The notes under the pieces: model-generated
Seen by the model: only the letters and a program-made list of their open reading frames with translations
Database searches by the model: none
What the model was told of the DNA's origin: nothing
Part shown: one piece after another, positions 57,021-64,000 of the stretch
Layout: every line of letters starts with the position of its first letter
How positions within the stretch are numbered: the stretch's first letter is position 1
Source of the DNA: a virus
Lineage: Duplodnaviria > Caudoviricetes
Reading direction: 5' to 3' (one strand)
IMG/VR virus record: IMGVR_UViG_3300025015_000022
Location: 20,465-84,464 of that record
DNA length: 64,000 bases
Position numbers and translations under genes: made by a program

Positions 57021-57509
57021 ATGCCATGCGAACGATGCGGGTCTCTTTCAAGCCTGGAGCTTCACCACATTCGCCCAATGGCGTTCGGTGGCAACGACGA
57101 GTCGAACGCTGCGAAGGTGTACCTCTGCCGCAGATGCCATCACCACGTCCACAGCAAGCGCAACACCGAGTGGGAGCACCTCGCGTGGTCTGTGGAGAGA
57201 ACGGACAATTTCAATCACGGGGTGGTGCACAACCAGCGCGGAAACGTAGCGAACCTCTATGGGTGCTGCCCTGCGTGTGGGTGCAGCATCGATGGCGAGG
57301 CATACGAGCGTGTGCTCGACGGAGAAGAGAGCGCGTACCCTCACTGCAATTGCGGGTCGCATGGGTACGCAGATCCTCGCGGGGTCGAGATCGTGCACGT
57401 CGATATCGAGATTGTACGTGATGGCGTCGACGTGAATGCACTGCGTGAACGGATCTTGGAAGCCGTTGGAAACGCTGGCTTGGTACGCTTCTGTCAGATG
57501 ACGAGGTGA
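57021..57509 (+). CDS. HNH endonuclease
   Basis: CERCG..LELHHIRPMAFGGND...LCRRCHHHVH; lower-GC codon usage. Confidence 0.85.
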   Translation: MPCERCGSLSSLELHHIRPMAFGGNDESNAAKVYLCRRCHHHVHSKRNTEWEHLAWSVERTDNFNHGVVHNQRGNVANLYGCCPACGCSIDGEAYERVLDGEESAYPHCNCGSHGYADPRGVEIVHVDIEIVRDGVDVNALRERILEAVGNAGLVRFCQMTR

Positions 57510-57513
57510 AACG

Positions 57514-57948
57514 ATGAACCGCCACCGCTTCACCGCCACCGCCGACGTGCTGGCGTTCGTGCTCGCTGGCAATGCGATCCTCACCATCGAGAGCGGGCAC
57601 ACCGGCCAGCGGTTCACGTACCGCGTGCGCCAGCCCAAGACGCCGGGGCCCCACTTCGTGCAGCTCCTCATGGGTCCCGATAACACCAGCAGCTACACGT
57701 TCCTCGGGACCATCTTCGAGGGGCGTGAGTGGCGGCACTCGTCGAAGTCGCCCATCACGCGGACCGCCACGAGCGCGGTGGCGTGGGCATGGCTGTGGGA
57801 GTTGCTGGCGCGTGGGCACGAGCTGCCCGAGGCGCTGGGGGTGTACCACGAGGGGCGGTGTGGTAGGTGCGGTCGGGTGCTGAGTGTGCCCGCTTCGATC
57901 ACGCTTGGGATCGGTCCCGAGTGTGCAACCAAGCGCTTCGGCGCGTGA
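57514..57948 (+). CDS. DUF6011-like protein
   Basis: C-terminal CGRCGRVLSVPASITLGIGPECA. Confidence 0.7.
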   Translation: MNRHRFTATADVLAFVLAGNAILTIESGHTGQRFTYRVRQPKTPGPHFVQLLMGPDNTSSYTFLGTIFEGREWRHSSKSPITRTATSAVAWAWLWELLARGHELPEALGVYHEGRCGRCGRVLSVPASITLGIGPECATKRFGA

Positions 57949-57963
57949 AGGAGGGTTCGGACC

Positions 57964-58662
57964 ATGGCGAAGCTGGAATACGAGGGTGGCGAAGGTGGCA
58001 AGGCGTTCGATGACAGCGTGTGGAGCGGGCTGTTCGACGATGTGATGGCGAAGATGACCGAGGCCACGAAGCTGATGCGCGACGGGCTGGAAGTGGTCGC
58101 GATCGCGGTGGTCGAGCACCACGCGCCGCGTTGCACGTTCCCCGACGCGATCAAACGCTTCGATCTGGTGGTGCAGGCAGCCAGCGCGATGAAGCCCGGC
58201 GCGCTCGCCGATGGCAAGTTCACCCCGACGATGCCCGTCGAGGTGCTGCGCTACGAGGGGCAGCCAGTGGCCAAGTTAGAGAACTGGCAGATCCACGTGG
58301 TCACCCCGTACTTCGCCACGATGCCGGCGATCAGCATGTTCGTTGAGTGGGCGGACCCGCGCGACCCGATCCGCGTGGTGACGGTGGACTGCCGAGACTT
58401 CGGCCAGGCCATCGCGGACGCCAACAAGCTGGGGACGGTGATCGTGCTGGGCGAGCACGACCGCGGCGCTCGCGACGACAAGCCGCACGGCAGCTTCCGC
58501 GGGACGCCTGAGCAGATCGCGCTCGCTGCGATGGTGCTCCAGCGCGTGGGGCCCAACCTGTTCGAGTGCCAGAAGGATCGCCGCGACGACCGCACGTGGC
58601 ACGGGCGCACGATCCGCGTGGTGCCCGACGCGGCGCGTTTCGAGATGGACCCGCGCGACTGA
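57964..58662 (+). CDS. hypothetical protein
   Basis: GGAGGG RBS; ORF track. Confidence 0.65.
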   Translation: MAKLEYEGGEGGKAFDDSVWSGLFDDVMAKMTEATKLMRDGLEVVAIAVVEHHAPRCTFPDAIKRFDLVVQAASAMKPGALADGKFTPTMPVEVLRYEGQPVAKLENWQIHVVTPYFATMPAISMFVEWADPRDPIRVVTVDCRDFGQAIADANKLGTVIVLGEHDRGARDDKPHGSFRGTPEQIALAAMVLQRVGPNLFECQKDRRDDRTWHGRTIRVVPDAARFEMDPRD

Positions 58663-58679
58663 CCACACCGACCGACGCA

Positions 58680-58738
58680 AACAAAGTGCACGCGACCGCG
58701 CTTTTATTGTTGCCACCATACCAGCCCCATGATACAAC
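58680..58738 (+). promoter_or_regulatory. early promoter cassette, copy 3
   Basis: TTGCCA-17 nt-TACAAC with TGn extended -10 and upstream A/T tracts. Confidence 0.7.
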
Positions 58739-58801
58739 TAAGCCATGGATGGAACGGCAACGGCAGGGCGCCGGGGCCGAAGGATGAGGAAGGGGGACAA
58801 G

Positions 58802-59050
58802 ATGAACCACAGCGGCAACGACGGATACACCCTGGAGACCCTGGTCGGCGGGCAGGCGCGCGAGGAGTTCCTCGCCAATAGCACCGAGGGCACCTACGAG
58901 GAAATGGTCGACGCCTACCTGCTGACGCCGTGGCTGGTCGAGGCGATGGCCGACTGCGGCAACCCCGACAGCGAGACCTACGACCCGGACTTCTCGCCCG
59001 ACAACGCTCGGCGCGTGCTGCTCACGTGGCTGCGTGGACCGCAGGCGTAG
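58802..59050 (+). CDS. small acidic protein
   Basis: 15 D/E versus 4 R in 82 aa. Confidence 0.65.
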   Translation: MNHSGNDGYTLETLVGGQAREEFLANSTEGTYEEMVDAYLLTPWLVEAMADCGNPDSETYDPDFSPDNARRVLLTWLRGPQA

Positions 59051-59095
59051 ACCCCACCACCCAGCGACCCCCGGCAATCGCGCCGGGGGAGGAGG

Positions 59096-59335
59096 ATGAA
59101 GATGAGCAAGCGAATCGAGATGGTCGACGGTCGCAAGCTGGCCGGTGACGACTGGGATAACCAGGTGTCGGATCTCCAGACGCTGTACCCCCACTGCGTG
59201 GCCTACGACTCGCACGGGTTCGAGGTAGACCTGTGCTACGTCGAGGACGTCGAGCCCGGAACGCGCGTGTGGGAGAGCGAGGAAGCGAGCAAGGGCGACG
59301 GCGGGGAGTACGCGATCGCCATCGTGCGCGGCTGA
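59096..59335 (+). CDS. small acidic protein
   Basis: GGAGG RBS; about 17 D/E in 79 aa. Confidence 0.6.
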   Translation: MKMSKRIEMVDGRKLAGDDWDNQVSDLQTLYPHCVAYDSHGFEVDLCYVEDVEPGTRVWESEEASKGDGGEYAIAIVRG

Positions 59336-59413
59336 GTAGCACCCCTCGCGGCGACTCCCTTACGGGTGCCGCGGGGACCAACGCAGCTTCGCGCTGCACA
59401 GCAGGGGGTTCAC

Positions 59414-60355
59414 ATGTGTGAGTTCGCCTCGATAGTGCTGATCAAAGAGCAGGCGTTCTGGGCGCTGGTCGACAGCCACGAAGAGATCATCCGCAAGCAC
59501 GGGCTGCACGCCGATGGGGTCGGTGGCCCCAATGTGCTGCGCGTCGAGATCTGCCCGCCGTCGCTGGATGGCGTTGGCCTGCGTGCGCCGCTGGCCGAGT
59601 GGACGTATCGCGTCGACCAGGACATCATGCCCGAGTGGGCGGACGCAGAGCGTGACGAGGAGCGGGCGAGGCTGGCGCTGGCAGAACTGGTCGCAGAGCG
59701 GGTGATCGTCGACCGGACGCACATCAAGAAGATCACGGAAGGCGTGTACTACCTGATCCACAACGCCACGGTGGACGCCATGGGCAACGCCACGGTGGAC
59801 GCCAGGGACAACGCCACGGTGACCGCCATGGGCAACGCCACGGTGGACGCCAGGGACAACGCCACGGTGGACGCCAGGGACAACGCCACGGTGGACGCCA
59901 TGGGCAACGCCACGGTGACCGCCATGGGCAACGCCACGGTGGACGCCATGGGCAACGCCACGGTGGACGCCAGGGACAAGGCCACGGTGACCGCCTGGGA
60001 CAACGCCACGGTGACCGCCTGGGACAACGCCACGGTGGACGCCATGGGCAACGCCACGGTGACCGCCATGGGCAACGCCACGGTGGACGCCATGGGCAAC
60101 GCCACGGTGACCGCCATGGGCAACGCCACGGTGGACGCCAGGGACAAGGCCACGGTGGACGCCATGGGCAACGCCACGGTGACCGCCTGGGACAACGCCA
60201 CGGTGACCGCCAGGGGCAACGCCACGGTGGGAGCGGTCAACGATCACGCCACCGTCCGCGCGTACAACCCGCAGCCCGATGTCGAGATCCTCGGTCCGTA
60301 CGCGGTGCTCATCGACTGCACGGGCGAGCGCGCGGTGTGCAGGGTGGGCGAGTAG
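59414..60355 (+). CDS. octapeptide-repeat protein (NATV-x-A-x-x solenoid)
   Basis: N-terminal MCEFAS...SHEEII domain followed by about 20 8-aa repeats. Confidence 0.8.
   Translation: MCEFASIVLIKEQAFWALVDSHEEIIRKHGLHADGVGGPNVLRVEICPPSLDGVGLRAPLAEWTYRVDQDIMPEWADAERDEERARLALAELVAERVIVDRTHIKKITEGVYYLIHNATVDAMGNATVDARDNATVTAMGNATVDARDNATVDARDNATVDAMGNATVTAMGNATVDAMGNATVDARDKATVTAWDNATVTAWDNATVDAMGNATVTAMGNATVDAMGNATVTAMGNATVDARDKATVDAMGNATVTAWDNATVTARGNATVGAVNDHATVRAYNPQPDVEILGPYAVLIDCTGERAVCRVGE
59762..60241 (+). repeat. 24-bp tandem repeat array, 19 full units plus one degenerate
   Basis: Unit AA(C/G)GCCACGGTG(GAC/ACC)GCC(ATGGGC/AGGGAC/TGGGAC/AGGGGC). Confidence 0.95.
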
Positions 60356-60508
60356 CGGGACCAGCGCCCGAGAGGGCACGATTCGCGGTGGGCGTGTCGC
60401 CCGGCTGGGTGTGTGGTCGGTGGTTCGTGGGCGCCTTCGCCTCTGGACTGACAGCGCCGACCACGCACCTGGCAGCCGCGATCACAACCGATGGACTAGG
60501 GGGCTAAG

Positions 60509-61021
60509 TTGAAGCACGACGAGATCAAGATCGCGAAGACCGAAGTGGTCGCGCACCTGCGCCGGCGCATCGCCGACAAGGTCGCCTCCGGCGCGTGGGA
60601 CGAAGCCGGCGAGCTGCTGGGCTGGGCGAAGGTCGCCGACGAGGGCGACGCGCGCGCCATCGAGGCCGGGCGCAAGTTCATGCAGGAGTTCACCGAGGCT
60701 CCCTCCGTCAGCCTGGGCAACGTCGAGCGCCTCACCCTCGCGTTGATGCGGCTGACCGCCTGGCGGGAAGACGCCCCCGACCTGAAGCCAGGATGGCAGC
60801 CCCGCGTGCGCTCCTGGAAGGGCTACGCGTTCTACGCCCTGAAGGGCCTGGCCGACCACGGGATGGCCGACGACAACCCGGACCGGAAGACGGTCGTGCT
60901 GTCGCCTGCTGGCGTCGAGGCTGCCGAGGCCTTCCTGCGCACGATCGGCATGGCACCCCGCGATCTGCAGACGCGGTCGCTGCCGCCGAGGCCTGAGAAG
61001 CTCGAGGAGGTGACGCAGTGA
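60509..61021 (+). CDS. hypothetical protein with DUF6429-like C-terminus
   Basis: RSWKGYAFYALKGLADHGM...KTVVLSPAGVEAAE; TTG start. Confidence 0.55.
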   Translation: MKHDEIKIAKTEVVAHLRRRIADKVASGAWDEAGELLGWAKVADEGDARAIEAGRKFMQEFTEAPSVSLGNVERLTLALMRLTAWREDAPDLKPGWQPRVRSWKGYAFYALKGLADHGMADDNPDRKTVVLSPAGVEAAEAFLRTIGMAPRDLQTRSLPPRPEKLEEVTQ

Positions 61022-61193
61022 ACCACACACTGGGCCACCTGACCACCGACGCCAACGGACGCCTGCTGTACCGCTCGTGGGAGATGGACGTGCGACGCGC
61101 GCTCCGTGGCGTGATGATCGCGGGGGCGAGCGTGCTGGTGTTCGGCACGTGGGCGGTGTGCGTGGCGATCTTGGTGACGGGAGGGCTGTGACG

Positions 61194-61661
61194 ATGAAGA
61201 CGATCAACGTGTTCGTGGCCGACGACGGGAGCCGCTTTGACGACGATGCGAAGTGCGCGGAGTACGAGAAGCAGTGCGCGGCGTGCGCCGAGATTATGGC
61301 GCGGCTGCCGCCGAAGTACGACGACGGCCACTGCGACTTCGCCAACGGGGCAGGGTACATCCAGCACGACGCCACCACGCTGCGCGAGGTGCGCGACGCG
61401 CTCACCACGCTGTTCGAGAGCGTGTACGGACCGAGCCCGCTGGCTGGCAACAACTGGTACGCGCAGGACCGCAACGACCACACCGTCCACGCATCGTGGG
61501 TCGGGCGGTTGATCGGTGACTGCGGACACCGTGCGTTCAACGCCGCGTGGTATCGCATCTACTGCTGCGACTCGAAGGGGCGCGAGTGGGGGCAGCCCTA
61601 CTACGCCAGCCACACCGACGAGGGCAAGCAGTTCGACGTGTACGCGGCCAAGAATGGATGA
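61194..61661 (+). CDS. hypothetical protein
   Basis: FVADDGSRFDDDAKCAEYE, a common phage N-terminal motif. Confidence 0.65.
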   Translation: MKTINVFVADDGSRFDDDAKCAEYEKQCAACAEIMARLPPKYDDGHCDFANGAGYIQHDATTLREVRDALTTLFESVYGPSPLAGNNWYAQDRNDHTVHASWVGRLIGDCGHRAFNAAWYRIYCCDSKGREWGQPYYASHTDEGKQFDVYAAKNG

Positions 61662-61665
61662 CGAG

Positions 61666-61938
61666 ATGAACCGCATCTACAAGTACCCGCTGGCGAACGC
61701 CGGGCATCAGCTCGTGACGCTTCCCATTGGCGCGAAGCCGTTGGTTGTCCAAGTACAGCACGACGTGGCGTGCCTGTGGGCGCAGGTCGACGACGCGTGC
61801 ATGGAGACCACTGTCCACGAGATCTACATCTACGGGACGGGCCACGCGTTGGATCGCGATCCCGGCGTGTACCTCGGGACGATCCAACTGCTCGACGGCG
61901 CGTTCGTCGGCCACGTCTACGACAAAGTGAGGCTGTAG
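61666..61938 (+). CDS. conserved phage protein (DUF7352-like)
   Basis: IYKYPL...CLWAQVD...IYGTGH...YLGT..AFVGHVYD. Confidence 0.7.
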   Translation: MNRIYKYPLANAGHQLVTLPIGAKPLVVQVQHDVACLWAQVDDACMETTVHEIYIYGTGHALDRDPGVYLGTIQLLDGAFVGHVYDKVRL

Positions 61939-61940
61939 CC

Positions 61941-62300
61941 ATGAACCTCGCGCTCAAGTTAACCCTCGGCGACAACGTGTTCGAGGTGCTCGGCGAGTTC
62001 ATCCCGGGTTGCGAGGCGCCTGCGTGCTCAAACCCGTCGAGCCCCAGGTACAGCGACTGCGGTGACGCCGCGGAGTTCGCGCCCGAGGTGGCGCACCGCG
62101 TGGGCGGTGGCAACGTCACCCTCGACGAGTTGGCGCGGCTGTACCGCCCGACTCGCCAGCCGTGGGCGGCGCGGGAAGCGCTGGCGATCCACCTGCTCGA
62201 CCTGGCGCAAGCGGAGTACGAGCGCCTGCACGCCAGCGGGGAAGCCTGCGACGACGACGACGGCGATGGTGGCGACGGCGCCATCGACCAGGGGTTCTGA
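61941..62300 (+). CDS. hypothetical protein
   Basis: ORF after GAGG; acidic tail. Confidence 0.6.
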   Translation: MNLALKLTLGDNVFEVLGEFIPGCEAPACSNPSSPRYSDCGDAAEFAPEVAHRVGGGNVTLDELARLYRPTRQPWAAREALAIHLLDLAQAEYERLHASGEACDDDDGDGGDGAIDQGF

Positions 62301-62313
62301 CCGATGCTCTACC

Positions 62314-62400
62314 ACGCCCGCCAGCCCCACTCGGGCATCAACGGCGACCGGCCGACACCTCGCGGGGACAGCGAGGGCCGCAAGCCGTGGCGGGCGTTTT
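62314..62400 (+). ncRNA. multi-branched structured RNA or terminator
   Basis: 10-bp stem ACGCCCGCCA/TGGCGGGCGT enclosing GCCC/GGGC and CCTCGC/GCGAGG hairpins, followed by TTT. Confidence 0.45.
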
Positions 62401-62426
62401 GCGGGGGGATATTCCCGCGTCAACTC

Positions 62427-62503
62427 GCGTGCGTAGCTCAGTCGGGAGAGCAGAACCACCGCAAGGTGGGGAGCCGGCGGTTCGAGTCCGTCCGCACGCG
62501 CCA
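62427..62503 (+). ncRNA. tRNA-shaped RNA with GNRA-capped anticodon arm
   Basis: Acceptor GCGTGCG/CGCACGC, D-arm GCTC/GAGC, T-arm GGCGG-TTCGAGT-CCGTC, encoded CCA; anticodon arm CCACC-GCAA-GGTGG. Confidence 0.75.
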
Positions 62504-62504
62504 T

Positions 62505-62540
62505 GGGGGTGTAGCTCAGTTGGGAGAGCGCGCGTTGCAA
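62505..62540 (+). pseudogene. 5' half of a tRNA-Ala(UGC)
   Basis: GGGGGTG-TA-GCTC-AGTTGGGA-GAGC then GCGCGTTGCA; no adjacent T-arm or acceptor 3' strand. Confidence 0.65.
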
Positions 62541-62563
62541 TGCTGCGTTGACGGTGATATCGT
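62535..62563 (+). promoter_or_regulatory. promoter for the HNH gene, -35 formed by the tRNA anticodon region
   Basis: TTGCAA-17 nt-TATCGT with TGn extended -10. Confidence 0.55.
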
Positions 62564-62594
62564 AGTGCGCAGTGGAGCACCGTGGAGACATGCG

Positions 62595-63008
62595 TTGGCA
62601 AAGTACAAGTTCGTCAAGGCTCCGCCCGAGTACCCGGGGAAGGTCTACTCATGGGGGAGAAGGCTGCTGGAGCATCGTCTAGTCTGGTGGAATGAAACGG
62701 GGCACGTCGTTGGCCAGGGAGAAGTAGTTCACCATCTGAACGGGGATGGGTCGGACAACAGGTTTGAGAACCTTCAGCTTTTGACGGTAGACGAGCACAA
62801 CGAGATCCATCACATGTGCGATGCCCCGGTTGAATTTGTGTGCCCGACGTGCTCAACGCCGTTCGTTCGGTCTGCTCGGTACGTAAGAACCCGCACCAAC
62901 AGGGGTGCAAAGACGTTCTACTGTTCTCGCAGGTGCGGCGTGACGGGGACTGGGAACCTGAAGAAGAACAGGTTCTACAAGCTGCATCGAGAGCGTGCTG
63001 GGAAATGA
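62595..63008 (+). CDS. HNH homing endonuclease (HNH_3-like) with zinc ribbon
   Basis: LLEHRLVW...EVVHHLNGDGSDNRFENLQLLTVDEHNEIH; CPTC...YCSRRC; TTG start after GGAG; lower-GC codon usage. Confidence 0.85.
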   Translation: MAKYKFVKAPPEYPGKVYSWGRRLLEHRLVWWNETGHVVGQGEVVHHLNGDGSDNRFENLQLLTVDEHNEIHHMCDAPVEFVCPTCSTPFVRSARYVRTRTNRGAKTFYCSRRCGVTGTGNLKKNRFYKLHRERAGK

Positions 63009-63011
63009 AAC

Positions 63012-63083
63012 GGGCATGTACCTCAACAGGGAGAGGACCGCGCTTGCACCGCGGCTACGGGAGTTCGAGTCTCCCCACCTCCA
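63012..63083 (+). tRNA. tRNA-Ala(UGC) with mismatched acceptor stem
   Basis: D-arm CCTC/GAGG, anticodon arm CCGCG-CTTGCAC-CGCGG, T-arm GGGAG-TTCGAGT-CTCCC, G3:U70, A73; C4-C69 and A5-C68 mismatches; CCA not encoded. Confidence 0.7.
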
Positions 63084-63089
63084 CCGCAC

Positions 63090-63206
63090 CCGTGGCAAGA
63101 GGTCCGCGGTACAGGGGCCAACGCAGGCTGGCCCGCGGACGCCTGCTCGTTCTGGTCGTGGTCCGGGTGGCTGGCGCAGGGGGAGTTCGATCCTCCCGCC
63201 ACGATC
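63090..63206 (+). ncRNA. tRNA-like RNA with T-arm and acceptor-like stem but no canonical D/anticodon arms
   Basis: GGGAG-TTCGATC-CTCCC (63181-97) followed by GCCACGA, which pairs with TCGTGGT (63156-62) or CGTGGC (63091-96). Confidence 0.5.
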
Positions 63207-63239
63207 GATGAAGCGTACGCGACCGCAGGTTTCTTGCCA

Positions 63240-63285
63240 GCAACGCCAAAAAAGCGTTGCGCCGATCCGGTTTCCCGCGTACGCT
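63240..63285 (+). promoter_or_regulatory. promoter with overlapping palindrome upstream of the XRE gene
   Basis: GCAACGC-N7-GCGTTGC overlapping TTGCGC-17 nt-TACGCT. Confidence 0.5.
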
Positions 63286-63354
63286 TCTGTCTGCAATCGA
63301 AGCCCACAACGGGCAGTCCAACAACGGCGCCCACGCGGCGCAGGGAGGTGATCG

Positions 63355-63651
63355 ATGATCGATTCGTGGCTCCGTAACAAGGTGCAGGCTCGCCTCGCGG
63401 CCAAGGGGGTTGGCGCCACCGTGGCACCGCTCGCCCGGGCCACGGGGCTCCTGCCGCAGTCGCTCTCCGCGATGCTCGACAACCCCGACTCGATCAAGGC
63501 GGGGAACCTCAGCAAGCTCTCGGCGGTGCTGGGGGTGTCGCTGGAGTGGCTGCGCAACGGGCGCACCGACGACGCGTGCGACAACCTCGACTCGGTGGAC
63601 ATGGCGGCGCTGGCGACCGAGACCGACGACACCGCCAGCAAGCAGACGTAG
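63355..63651 (+). CDS. XRE/Cro-CI family HTH regulator
   Basis: VAPLARATGLLPQSLSAML...NLSKLSAVLGVSLEWLRNG. Confidence 0.8.
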   Translation: MIDSWLRNKVQARLAAKGVGATVAPLARATGLLPQSLSAMLDNPDSIKAGNLSKLSAVLGVSLEWLRNGRTDDACDNLDSVDMAALATETDDTASKQT

Positions 63652-63662
63652 GAGGGGGGACC

Positions 63663-64000
63663 ATGGGCAAGATCGAGAAGCTGACCCCGGAACAGGAGGC
63701 GCAGGTCGTTGCGCTGCGTGAGCGGTTCTTCGCGCAGGCGACGAGCACGGAGCCCGCCGACCGCGCACGGGCGGAAGCGGCGGCGCGGCGACTGGCCGAG
63801 ATCGGCGGCGTGAAGATCAACGCCGTCGTGTGGGCCAAGTCGGCGCAGGACGGGCAGCGCGAGTACGAGAAGGCATGGGACAGCCTGCGGGCCAGCCTGT
63901 GGGACAGCCTGGGGGACAGCCTGGGGGACAGCCTGGGGGACAGCCTGGGGGACAGCCTGGGGGACAGCCTGTGGGACAGCCTGCGGGACAGCCTGCGGGC
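63663..64000 (+). CDS. partial tetrapeptide-repeat protein (DUF6745-like), runs off the window
   Basis: MGKIEKLTPEQEA...STEPADRARAEAA, then (W/R/G)DSL repeats. Confidence 0.7.
   Translation, partial: MGKIEKLTPEQEAQVVALRERFFAQATSTEPADRARAEAAARRLAEIGGVKINAVVWAKSAQDGQREYEKAWDSLRASLWDSLGDSLGDSLGDSLGDSLGDSLWDSLRDSLR
63876..64000 (+). repeat. 12-bp tandem repeat, at least 10 units
   Basis: Unit (T/C/G)GGG(A/C)CAGCCTG. Confidence 0.95.

Noticed and set aside
59762-60241. Possible CRISPR array
   Set aside because: Units are contiguous 24-mers with no unique spacers, stay in frame in a protein, and no cas genes are present.
62304-62594. N-terminal extension of the HNH ORF as given in the ORF track (62304 start)
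   Set aside because: It runs through structured RNA and tRNA-like genes; a TTG start at 62595 with GGAG RBS and its own promoter is more plausible.
62540-63048. Self-splicing group I intron in tRNA-Ala
   Set aside because: I cannot see intron core motifs, the downstream copy has its own D-arm, and splicing at TTGCA would give a 6-nt anticodon loop; kept only as a hypothesis to test.
62505-63086. Canonical tmRNA (ssrA)
   Set aside because: The 5' end continues into a tRNA D-arm, and the interior is an HNH ORF with its own promoter, not a tag-peptide and pseudoknot region.
59414-64000. Diversity-generating retroelement suggested by variable repeats
   Set aside because: No reverse transcriptase in the window, no TR/VR pair, and variation is not adenine-specific.
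1-64000. Stop-codon reassignment
   Set aside because: Conserved genes (terL, portal, MCP, sheath, TMP) read uninterrupted in code 11 and end in TGA, TAG or TAA.

Overview
This window is a 64 kb slice of a large, very GC-rich tailed dsDNA phage (or prophage) with a contractile tail. Almost all real genes are on the + strand. I see no host housekeeping genes, full integrase or att site, so host and lifestyle cannot be assigned. Layout: (1) 1-10.5 kb, small accessory/regulatory genes including a Dam-type methyltransferase, a lytic transglycosylase, a protein with four HTH domains and a candidate late regulator; (2) 10.6-23.2 kb, terminases, a PBSX-like portal/protease/capsid module and head fibre-like genes; (3) 23.3-47.3 kb, neck, a very large sheath, a lysis cassette between sheath and tube, tail chaperones with a -1 frameshift signal, tape measure, baseplate and fibres; (4) 47.4-64 kb, a ParB-methyltransferase and an early/accessory region. 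That last region holds three copies of a 59-bp promoter cassette, acidic small proteins, a replication initiator with downstream iterons, two HNH nucleases, repeat proteins and an XRE regulator. The most striking signals are RNA-level. Two cloverleaf leaders (51258-51356, 56897-57013) have unrelated stems but identical loops, one of which is complementary to the Shine-Dalgarno region just downstream. An ncRNA island (62314-63206) contains only non-canonical tRNA-shaped RNAs, including one with a GNRA tetraloop in place of the anticodon loop and a tRNA-Ala apparently split by an HNH gene. All protein assignments are from motif recognition by eye; no database searches were run.
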